Source: Adineta vaga
Lineage: Eukaryota > Animalia > Rotifera
Reading direction: 5' to 3'
DNA length: 64,000 bases
Assembly: GCA_021613535.1 (NCBI GenBank)
Contig: CP075493.1
Span: forward strand, 4,216,001-4,280,000
In this document: piece by piece, positions 12,558-23,014 of the stretch
How positions within the stretch are numbered: position 1 is the stretch's first letter
Layout of the letters: each line of letters opens with the position of its first letter
The notes under the pieces: generated by a model
The model's database searches: none
Seen by the model: the letters and a program-made list of their open reading frames with translations, nothing else
What the model was told of the DNA's origin: nothing
Made by a program: the position numbers and the translations under genes

Positions 12558-14003
12558 ATGGCTTATCGAAATATCGTTCATCCGGCTGCTTATGATATAG
12601 AATACTATATTCCTCCTAGAACTCGCGTAGTACAAAGAGAAACGTACGATAGCTATCCGTAAGTAATATTCAATGTATTTTTCTCTTGATTATATCAAGA
12701 ATCTATTTGTAAATGTATAAGACGAAGAAGTTCATGGTATGGTGCATGTTCTTGGTGTAGTCTTTGGTGTTGTTTGCTTTCATTGCTTGGTGGTCTATTG
12801 CTTGCTGCTGGATTAGCTGTAGCACTTGTGTTTATTATCAGATCGGCTAACAAAGATGAAACAACACAGACAAGTAAATTTGAAACTTGTTCATTGTGAA
12901 TACGTTAAAAAATGATCAAACATTCGCTTTAGCAATCAGACCTATAATAACACTAACAACTCGAACATCAACTACAACAACTAGCACAACAAGTATAGTT
13001 TGAGAAAATAAATCAATCTTTGTTCTGAGATTTTCGCTTAATCATTTACTTAAACTTCTTATATTTCAGCGACCACTACCACATCGAGTATAACGACAAA
13101 TGAAATAACTCTAATTTCAAGTTTGACCGATGCTACAAGTAATGAATAATCTTATTTAATGAAAAATAAAAACTATTCTTTGATTTTCAGATTCGTGTTA
13201 TTATGGTGGTGATCTTATTCATTTACTCGATGGAACATATAAACGTATTGATCAATTACAAGTCGGTGATCGTCTTTGGTCACTTACAAAAGATGGTAAA
13301 CGAATAATTGAAGATGAAATGATTTTAATGATGTATGCTGACGCAAATAATTCAAGTAAATATATATTATATACCATTAAATCTGTAGGATACTTATCAA
13401 TCTTTAGTTCTCTTCTATACATTTACAACATATGATGGTTATTCAATCAGTTTAACAAGCAATCATTATATTATAATATTCGATAGTGAACATAACAAAA
13501 TAATGTATATCAGTGCTTCGAAAGTAACACAAGCACATCATCTTATCCTTTCAAATCGTACAAGTCAAATCAAAAAAATAAACAAGTCTGTTCGTAAAGG
13601 TTTCTATTCGCCGTTAACTCTTAGTGGTAGTTTACTTGTAAATAATATTTCCACATCGGTTTATATTGCCAAGTAGCTATAAAATATCCTTTAAAAAAGA
13701 AAGCAACATAATATGTTAATCTTTATCTGTTTGTTTAGTTATGGAATATCTCCTGAAACTTTTCATAAAATATTCACACCAATTCGAATTTATTATCGTT
13801 TTACGCGATGGATATTTGGAAATGATTATAATCCCTATACAAATTACTTAAAACATGGTCTACATCCATTAGGTACTTTTCTCAAAGCTAATCAAAATCT
13901 TATTTGTATTCTTCTTGTATTTGAAAACAATATTCTATGGATACTTCTTACTCTTCTGATTATCTATTCAACTCAAAAATATCTTCTCGTGAAATCAACA
14001 TGA
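12558..14003 (+). CDS. Hedgehog-type Hint/Hog autoprocessing-domain protein with N-terminal TM and Thr-rich linker (7 exons; mostly missed by the ORF track)
   Basis: Exon 1 MAYRNIVHPAAY..; TM exon ~12722-12873. Exon 13191-13355 gives S-CYYGGDLIHLLDGTYKRIDQLQVGDRLW (Hint block A). Exon 13408-13672 gives ISLTSNHY (TxxH block B) and GFYSPLTLSGSLLVNNISTSVY. The last exon has FHKIFTPIR..GLHP (sterol-recognition-like) and a hydrophobic tail. Confidence 0.85.
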
Positions 14004-14270
14004 AACAATCGTTGTAAACTATGAATGTATAACACTATTTTATTCATATAAAAATATCTATTTCGAATTAGCGATCCTATCTTGTACACATGTGTTTAAT
14101 CCATCTAGTTTTTTTCTTCTTAGTTAAATGCTTTGATGCAACAACCGAGTACAATTAGGATTATTTGCATGATATATAACATTTTATTGAATTGACAACA
14201 GTTTGAGAAGAAGTTAAACGTTTATATTCATATGTCATTTTATGAATATGAAAATAAAAGTTGACTAAGA

Positions 14271-15323
14271 TTAAGACTCTTCGTGCATTAATTCATGATC
14301 TGACACTAAATCATCGTCATCATCGGAAACTAATTGATCAGGCTTTGAAGAAAAGTTTACATTCAATGATTTAAATAACGATTGCTGATTTGTATCAAGT
14401 TTCGGTTCTGTTCCTAATATAAATGGCATATCAACATCGAAATTTGTGAATAGACCTTCAACTTTTACTGCTAATTTAAGAAAATAATGAATATCTACAA
14501 GAATTGTTCCTTGAGTTCCTTGATATTTATATGTCGGTGGCATTGTAAGTGACGGGATAGGAACTGAAAATTGTTCTTTAAATTGAAATTCTTTGGTATT
14601 AATGATATTCGGTAATGAAATTTGAAATAAACTAAATCCACGTGCCATTTTACCGATACGATAACCTTGAAACATTGCTACATCAATACGTTGTATTAAA
14701 ATTTGTTGGGAATTGTCAATTTCTAATGTAACATTGATTGATTCACCAGCAACATAACCTGATTTATTTATTGTACCTTTAACAACTATATCTTTTCGAT
14801 TTTGATTAAAGAATTGTATTGATGATGAATGTTGTGGAGTTTTTAATATATTAACATGTGGATAAATTGTGAGATATTTTATTTCTCTTGTATTTGGTTT
14901 ATACCATGATTTATCAATAATAACTTGTAAATAATAACGAACATGAGGATATATTTGTGATTGATTTATTGTTGGTGGAAGTTGATCAGGTATTAGAAAT
15001 TCAAATGGCCATGAATAGTTACCTTGAGATAAAATCAATTCTTTTTGTCCTGATTCTGGTCGTACGAAACAAACAGTCGATGAATAGAATGGGATATGAT
15101 GATATTCACGACGTTTTTCTCGTCGACGTGTACGATTTGAAGTAATACGATTTGTTCTATAACCAATTTCACCTGTTAGTTTTATATAAATTGCTTCTGC
15201 TTCTATTTTATCATTCGGAATTATTAAACTTACATTTCCTAGTATTTTATCACCGGTAAAATAAAATAAACTACTAACATCAATATTCATCGTAATTCCA
15301 ATACTATTGCTACAATTACCCAT
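14271..15323 (-). CDS. Arrestin-domain-containing (alpha-arrestin-like) protein
   Basis: YFTGDKILGNV, GNYSWPFEFLIPDQLPPT, VRYYLQVIIDKSWY, GYVAGESINVTLEIDN, MPPTY, IHYFLK and MPFILGT. MGNCSNS start at 15323. Confidence 0.88.
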   Translation of the reverse strand: MGNCSNSIGITMNIDVSSLFYFTGDKILGNVSLIIPNDKIEAEAIYIKLTGEIGYRTNRITSNRTRRREKRREYHHIPFYSSTVCFVRPESGQKELILSQGNYSWPFEFLIPDQLPPTINQSQIYPHVRYYLQVIIDKSWYKPNTREIKYLTIYPHVNILKTPQHSSSIQFFNQNRKDIVVKGTINKSGYVAGESINVTLEIDNSQQILIQRIDVAMFQGYRIGKMARGFSLFQISLPNIINTKEFQFKEQFSVPIPSLTMPPTYKYQGTQGTILVDIHYFLKLAVKVEGLFTNFDVDMPFILGTEPKLDTNQQSLFKSLNVNFSSKPDQLVSDDDDDLVSDHELMHEES

Positions 15324-15563
15324 TTTTATCTGCGTAAAAGATCCTCTTTTTGATTTGTATTTATTACACAAATCACTATAAAAAAAACTAGGTTAAAATT
15401 ACATTATACATTCTTTTTTTTTGTCGACAAGTAGTCAACAAACATGGTCGTTGTTAAGCATTACTTTTTCTTCTTTTTATTTACATATAAAATAAGAAGG
15501 TCATTTTTTTGACATTATTAAACTTCAAAAAAAATATACATATATAAATCAACATCGAGAAAA

Positions 15564-15821
15564 TTATATCGTGAAAAGATGATCACGTCGAGAATATTCC
15601 GGAGAAGCACGTTTTGATTGTTTCATACGATGAATATAATGATTATAAGTACAACCATTTTCCGAATCACATTCGCCATCTTTACGAACTTTATTGAACG
15701 ATCGTAAAAGAAAATTTGTACGTTTATTGATCAGACCATCTTGTACTAAACGGTCGTAAACAGATCGAGGACTACAAATGGTTACCAGAATAAACATAAT
15801 TAGTAGACATTTAACATCCAT
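15564..15821 (-). CDS. Small secreted prepropeptide (neuropeptide-precursor-like)
   Basis: Hydrophobic signal peptide, dibasic KR/RK/KR/RR sites and one Cys pair. Splice acceptor ttttcag lies just upstream of the ATG. Confidence 0.55.
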   Translation of the reverse strand: MDVKCLLIMFILVTICSPRSVYDRLVQDGLINKRTNFLLRSFNKVRKDGECDSENGCTYNHYIHRMKQSKRASPEYSRRDHLFTI

Positions 15822-17404
15822 ATTGCCTGAAAATAACAGTTAAATATAAAGAAAGCTCTCTCAGTTACGTATATTCTTCGTCAAACAAAATTGATTGATA
15901 TCTGTATGTTAAATATGAATGTGTTCTACGTACACGTGTCGTTCATAGTTTAAAACGAAACATGTATATACCATTTATTTCGATTTTTTCGTACCGAAAT
16001 ATATGACGATATAATATGAAAAAGAAATTGATTGTCCTTCGTTATGCATAATGAAGGATTTCTATCAAACATGAGAAGAAATGAATTCATCCATGACCGG
16101 AGAGAGAAAAATATAATATTCAGCAATAAGCATGTATAAATCTTATGTATAAGTTTATTATCACACATCGAGTAACAACTTACACAGTTATTCAGATAAT
16201 GTTTTATCCTTGAGAAACTATTTTAAAACCATCGTTCAAGTGTGCCGTTCTCAATAAACTAGAAGTACAAAAAATCAAGAGAACAGTCATTTTTTTTAAT
16301 AGAACCGAAATGAGAGAAGAGTACATTTCTGTGTGAATTCCTTTGTATTCATCTATCATCGAAAGAAAAACACATATACATCAACAAAGTTGTATTTTCA
16401 AGAACGATTACGCCATCATGGTACAACAAGAATAAGACACAATAAATTAATTCATTTTTCAATCTTTCTATATTTCTACATTACATTCATTCTAAAATAT
16501 TATTCGTTAATATGTATCACGTTGTTGTTGTTGTTTTTGTTTACGTTTCGAAGGAGAAAAAAAATATTGTCTCTTTTCCTGTTTAGCTCAATATAGCAAA
16601 GTTTGTTTGTGTTTTTAATAATGTGATAAGATACACACGAGAAAGAAACATCTTTTAAGATGTAATCCTTGTGACGATTTCTGATACAAGAGATGATTTA
16701 TGATATATGTATCTTTTATTTGACCCAAAGAAATCGTATCTATATTGTTTTTCCTCGTCCTTATATAGTTCTCGGTACATTCAATGTCACGCTACAGAAA
16801 AATATCAAACTTCATAAGTAATATGTAAAATCTATTGATATCACTAAGCGAGGTTATGGATAAAAGAAACATGCGATCAAAGTTTGTTCTAAGGGAAGAT
16901 AATCTATGTCAAGCATGAGGGGAAAGTACCAACATATCATAAGAAGTAGGAAGAGGGTATACAATCATTTAGATTGTCACAATCCTATATGAGACAGAAT
17001 GAAGTCCTACAAGTCTCGGCAAAGAAGACCTATTAATCATCATTGTTTATAACGATCAGTTTCTTTTGAATAGAAGCTCTGCTAAAAACACTCGATATTT
17101 GTGACGAACATTTGCTGCGATGGATACTAATCCAGAAAACAATGTATCAAAATCCATTGTCGTACATTCAGAAGATAGAGTGGCATTACGTTAGTTCTCA
17201 AAGTTCTTGTTTATTTACTCATGCTTTGTAATGTTTAAATATCTTTTTAGCACCTGCGGAAGCATTGATTCATACAAGCGATGAAATAAAAATAGAATCA
17301 TCTCCGGTACAAACTGCAAGAACGTACTCTTTCTCTCTCAATGAAATGTGTCGATTGTAACAAATTAATTGACTATATTTCTTCTTTATGAATTACTAGA
17401 TAAT

Positions 17405-19267
17405 ATGAATTTATTTAGATATTTTCAATGTACAATCATACTTGTTTGCATATGGTATACAGCATCAGTTGGATTTAATTTATATCTTCAAAAATTGTTT
17501 AATAGAAATCAACATACAGAAGATATTTATTCTTTAGTATGTTTAACTGCATTTATCCAAAATTTAACATGTTTTTTCGGTGTAATTCTATCTTATTTTA
17601 TCTCAAAACTGAAAATCTATCAGTTATCATCGAAAGAAGTATCTCTTAAGATTGAAAAAGAAAAACGATGTTGGATAGTATTCATCGTTGCTGGTTTATT
17701 TCATTGTCTTGGTATTATGATAACCAATTATCTCCTATCTTTATCAAACATTTCCTGTGTTCATACTATTCGTGCATTAGAACCATTAATCGCTAGTATT
17801 CTTATCTATTTCATTCCAATACCGAATCAAACAAATTCCAATTGGAAAACTACAATTTTCGAGAAACTTTTCGGAATTATTCTAATGATTAGTGGTGTCA
17901 TTTTATCGACATCACGTAGTGGTCAATGTCAATTCTTAAGTACACTTATCTATCTTGGATTATTGACGAATTTCTTATGGGTTATTCGAAATATTTGTAT
18001 TCAATATATCAGAATACATATGAATGAGATCTTTACTCAGATGATTATCTATGGAATTAGTACAATCATATCATTTTCATTGATGATAATTCATCGTTTT
18101 CCTTCATTGTTATTAGAAAATCATTGGAATCTTTTAATTTTCATTGGTCTATTAAGTTTGATTTATAATAGTACATCAATAATTGTTTGCAATCGAGTTA
18201 ATTTAGTTTCACATAGTTTATTAACAATGTTAAAACGACCGATTCTTATTATTGTTTCATTGATTTATTTTGATCACCATTTAAATGTAATGATTATTCT
18301 TGGTACTATTCTGATTCTACTCGGTCTTTCCTTCTATAAAATGAATTTAAGTCAACAATTATCAATTTTTCATGAGAAATTCTATGTAATTACACTTTTT
18401 ACAATAATTCTAATTGCTAGTTCGAGTTATTTATTTCATTTGAATACACATCATTCTTTACAGATGAAAACAATTCGTATGAGAAAAGACTTTCCTTTGT
18501 ATTATTGGACACCTGATTCAAAAAATGATAATTTTGGTGATACATTATCATATATTCTTGTTAGATCAATTGTTGGTCCACAATTAGCATTCATTAATAC
18601 GAAAGATCGAAGATCTTATTGTAAAAAATCGAAATTATTAGCAATTGGAAGTATATTTCAATTTGCATGTAAACATGATGTTATATGGGGTTCAGGAATA
18701 TTAAATCCAACAAAATTTCCGTTTTTCAACAATTCTCGTTTGATCAACACAATTGATATTCGTGCTGTTCGTGGACCACGAACACGTAATGCTTTAATAG
18801 CAAAGTATAATATTGACGTGCCAGAAATTTATGGTGATCCAGCATTATTATTACCATTTTATTTGAAATCTTATAAAAAATCTGTGAAATCAATCATTCC
18901 TATTCTACTAATCCTTCATTATAAAGATGCTAAACAAAGGAGAATTCATAGTGAATTAAAAAAGATTGTTACTGTCGATGCTTTTTTACCATGGGAAATA
19001 CTTTTGAAAATGATTCTTCAAAGTGAATTTGTGATTTCAACATCCTTACATGGTCTTATTGTTTCTGAAGCATTTGGTATTCAAGCAAGATTCTTAAAAT
19101 CATCATTAATCAATGTATTTCAATTTCATGATTATTATGAAGGTACAAATCGACCATTGGAATTTGCAACGACGATTGATGAAGCAATTGCTATGGGAGG
19201 ACAACAATTACCGAAGATTAATCTGACGAAATTATTAAATGCTTTTCCGTTTGATAAATTTGCTTAG
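17405..19267 (+). CDS. Fusion: triose-phosphate/PEP-translocator-family (SLC35E/TPT) transporter + polysaccharide pyruvyltransferase (ExoV/PS_pyruv_trans-like)
   Basis: Uninterrupted 620-aa ORF. The N-half has 10 hydrophobic helices with TPT motifs (WYTASVGFNLY, FHCLGIMITN, HTIRALEPL, VSHSLLTMLKRPILII) plus an 11th helix. The C-half has NFGDTLS, LAIGSI, IWGSG, IRAVRGPRT, YGDPALLLP, STSLHGLIVSEAFGI and FQFHDYYEGT. Confidence 0.88.
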   Translation: MNLFRYFQCTIILVCIWYTASVGFNLYLQKLFNRNQHTEDIYSLVCLTAFIQNLTCFFGVILSYFISKLKIYQLSSKEVSLKIEKEKRCWIVFIVAGLFHCLGIMITNYLLSLSNISCVHTIRALEPLIASILIYFIPIPNQTNSNWKTTIFEKLFGIILMISGVILSTSRSGQCQFLSTLIYLGLLTNFLWVIRNICIQYIRIHMNEIFTQMIIYGISTIISFSLMIIHRFPSLLLENHWNLLIFIGLLSLIYNSTSIIVCNRVNLVSHSLLTMLKRPILIIVSLIYFDHHLNVMIILGTILILLGLSFYKMNLSQQLSIFHEKFYVITLFTIILIASSSYLFHLNTHHSLQMKTIRMRKDFPLYYWTPDSKNDNFGDTLSYILVRSIVGPQLAFINTKDRRSYCKKSKLLAIGSIFQFACKHDVIWGSGILNPTKFPFFNNSRLINTIDIRAVRGPRTRNALIAKYNIDVPEIYGDPALLLPFYLKSYKKSVKSIIPILLILHYKDAKQRRIHSELKKIVTVDAFLPWEILLKMILQSEFVISTSLHGLIVSEAFGIQARFLKSSLINVFQFHDYYEGTNRPLEFATTIDEAIAMGGQQLPKINLTKLLNAFPFDKFA

Positions 19268-19569
19268 ATATTTTTTGAGAAAATGTTCGTTTTTTCGTTT
19301 TATCATAAAATAAAAAAGTCATATATAGCAGAACATATTTTCTCTAGTTAGATTATTCATATTATATCATTCGAAGGAAAATATTCGATTAACAAACTTT
19401 CTGACATGTCATCGAGATAGTTGTGCTTTGTTCACTAGCTTTATTTGAAAAGGTGAATATTTAGTCGAATAAAACTACAAAATCTACAGATTTAATGTGT
19501 ATAATGACTTATTAAAATAACTAAAAGGTAGAACTATTACGAGAGAGATTTATATGTTAAATAATCTGT

Positions 19570-22038
19570 TTAATTCATTTGAGATATACGTTGTTTTTGT
19601 TGTTCAATTTGTGTACGAAGATCTTGAGGTAAATCTTCACCTAATTGTCCATCAAGCCATAACAATGTTTCTTCAATATCATCTTTCCAATAATCTCTTG
19701 GTACATTCATTAATTTATCCCAATCAACAATGAGTCCTTGCAGATTAATTGAATCTTTCTTCGGTAAAAGACCAACTGGTGATATTTCCGCAATATCGTC
19801 ACCATTTGTTCGTCGAATAATCCAATCGAGAACACGAATATTATCACCTAGAATAGATTACAATTCAAGAAAATTTCCTTATAAAATGATCTTTTTTTAA
19901 ATTCTTTTATACCAAATCCAGGCCAAAGAAATTTCTTATTTTCATCCAAACGAAACCAATTGACATGAAAGATTTTGGGTAACTAAACAAAATACATTCG
20001 AATAAAATTTCCACAACAAAATGTTAACTTTATTCTTTGGATCTTTTTCAAAATCTAACCAATGTTGAATGTAATGTCCAAAATTATAACCAACAAAAGG
20101 TCTAAATAAAATAACAATCATTTGATTGTTTTTTTTCATCGATGAATAATGATCATTACCGCATAGCAAATGGATCATGCATAATTTGTTTTCCTGTATG
20201 TTCAGCTGCTGCTGTTGTTTCAGATTTCAATTGTGAAGCAAGAAAGATTCCATGCTTCCAATCGAATGATTCAATAACTAATGGAACACCATCAGGTCTT
20301 CGGCCGCCAAAAATAATTGCTGAAATTGGTACACCATCAGGATGTTCCCATTTGTCATGTATAATAGGACATTGTCGAGCTGGACAACAGAATCTTGAAT
20401 TTGGATGACTGGATTTTTTTGTTTTATCTTCACCTAATTTATATCGTTCACCTGTCCAAGAAATAATTTCTGTTCCTGCTGGTGTTTCATCTTCAAGACC
20501 TTCCCAATAGAATCCACCATCAGCTGTTTCACCGACATTTGTAAATATAGAATTTTTCAAACAAGTTAAAATTGCATTTGGATTTGTTTTCATATTTGTA
20601 CCGCTATAGAGAAAACAAAAAAAAACATAAAATTATTGTTAGTATTAAATCTTACGGTGCAACACCAAAGAAACCAGCTTCAGGATTGATGGCTCGTAAT
20701 TCTCCTGTTTTCTTATCAAATCTCATCCAAGCAATATCATCACCTACGCAACGAACTGTATAACCGGGAATCGTTGGTGTTAACATTGCTAAATTTGTTT
20801 TTCCACATGCGGATGGAAAAGCAGCAGCAATAAATTTCTCTTCACCTTTTGGATTTGTTACTGACATAATCAACATATGTTCAGCCAGCCCTTGAGAAAA
20901 ATAAATAAACAAATTAGACAAATAAATCAAACTTTTTATCAAATATCTTACATCCTTCATCATAAGCAATACGACCAGCAATACGTAATGCAAAACATTT
21001 TTTACCAAGTAAACTATTTCCACCATAACCAGATCCATAACTAATTACTTTACGAATATCAGGAAAATGACAAACCTAAAGTTAAAAAAAACGAGCGATC
21101 ATTTCAAAGATTCTGTGTAACGATAGATGGCGCTAAATGACGTGTAAAAGACTTTTTTTTTCGTATAAGTGCTTATTTACCAGAGTTTTTTCTGGATTGC
21201 ATGGCCAGTTATTGATAATTTTTTGTGTATGTGGACGAGGAACACCTACGTAAATCTGGATATTTATTTCGAAAACAAGAAAAAATCAAATTAATATACC
21301 CATTGAATGAAGACATTTCACAAATTCCTCATTATGTTGAAGGCATCTCCAAATTGTCGGTGAAACACGAGTCATAATTCTCATTGAAAGTAAAACATAA
21401 TTTGAATCCGTCACTTGTACACCAATTTTACTCAATGGTGAACCAATAGGTCCCATACTAAATGGAATAACATACATCATACGTCCAGCCATACATCCAG
21501 GAAGTCGTTCATCTAATTCATTTTTCATATCAGCAGGTGCCATCCATTGACCAAGTACACATTTAACACCTTCTCGTGAATGTGGTATCGATGCATATTT
21601 ATCATCAGTAACAATATATGTTTTAGATTCAACACGAGCAACGTCCTTCAAAACAAAAAGATCGAAGAATCTATGAAATAAAACTTCAATAAACGATCTT
21701 TTCTTACACGAGGATCTGTCCAACAGATGTAACAATTTTCATATTTTGTTAATTTTGTCAATGTACCACGTTCAACTAACTTATGTGTAATCATTTCGGC
21801 TTCCGCATCCGATCCATCGCATATATACACAGCACGAGGAGTGCATAATTGTATCTAAATTAACATGAATGATTATAATGTGGAAAAAAATATTCTAAAT
21901 AGTTCGAACCATTTGAGCAAGCCATGATTGTACTTGTAGTGGAAGTGATTGAAAATCACCTTTTGTTACTGGTATATCACCAACTTTTTGGATGGTTACA
22001 TAGTGAACTTCAACGAACGAAACATTCACGTCCTCCAT
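19570..22038 (-). CDS. PCK: Phosphoenolpyruvate carboxykinase (GTP), multi-exon
   Basis: [83 protein letters not shown] and HDPFAMRPF. The acidic N-terminus [11 protein letters not shown] shows no mitochondrial presequence. Confidence 0.97.
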
Positions 22039-23014
22039 ACTTATTTAATCTGAAGAAATGAATGATTTTCTCTATCTTTCTCTTCGAAAAAAAAGAGAAA
22101 AAGGAATCGGTTGATCGAACTTTGACCTATACAAGATCGCAATACCCATGACTGAGTGATTAATACATCACATGGTGTACTGACGAATTATCAAGAGTGC
22201 ACAGAAATGATTGGAGATTCATGCATAAAAGGTTGATGTTATAAATCAATTAGATACTACGCTGAAAAAAAAAGAAAATCTATGCCGAAAACAGAAAAAG
22301 AAAAGAACGATTTACTACGTCGGTACTTTTGGGGTAATGTAACAATCTCTCTCTCCATGCCTGTTTTGGAAAGAGAATATTTTGGTTCTAGAGAGAGAAC
22401 AGAAAAAAAAAGGAAAAGAAATGAGTTTATTGGACACCCACAGCGATCCATATAAACAGTGCGTAGGATAAAAGATGACACTACAATTTTTCTGATTACA
22501 AATGAATGTAAAATAATGAACGTTCGAATGAATATTTTCTCATTTCTCTCATGTGCGTATAGTAATATTAAATGCTTTGCATACTTTTTCTCAATCCATT
22601 TCGTCGTTTATCATAGAATCTGTAATACAAGCAAAAGTTCTGTGTGAATATGATGGCAATAGCAGTATCAATGGTATCTATTCATTTGTGATAGATGTCA
22701 ATCAATATTTTTATTTTAATTCACGAAGAATAGCAGAGATAGATGTGATTAACACCTATCTAAATTAGTTATTCTATGTCAGCTAATCGAAGACAGGCAG
22801 TCTGTAATATATTTCCATTCGAAGAAGTATACATAGTCATGTTGAACTTAATGGAACTATAAGACGTATTGTGAATATATAGACTGTACTGAAAAGAAGA
22901 GAAAACTTCATTGTCTTATGAAATATGCTCAGATCCAATCAAATAATGGTAAACATTTTATTTTGATTCAAGTGATATAATATATACGGATGACGATTTT
23001 CTTTATTATGAAAT

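Noticed and set aside
13191-13672. Intein or true hedgehog ortholog
   Set aside because: There is no C-terminal His-Asn/+1 nucleophile or endonuclease, and no N-terminal Hedge signalling domain.
17120-17330. Small spliced ORF (MDTNPENNVSKS..) upstream of the transporter-pyruvyltransferase
   Set aside because: It ends in a stop at ~17293, and I found no phase-compatible splice into the 17405 ORF. It may be a relic or uORF, but there is no support.
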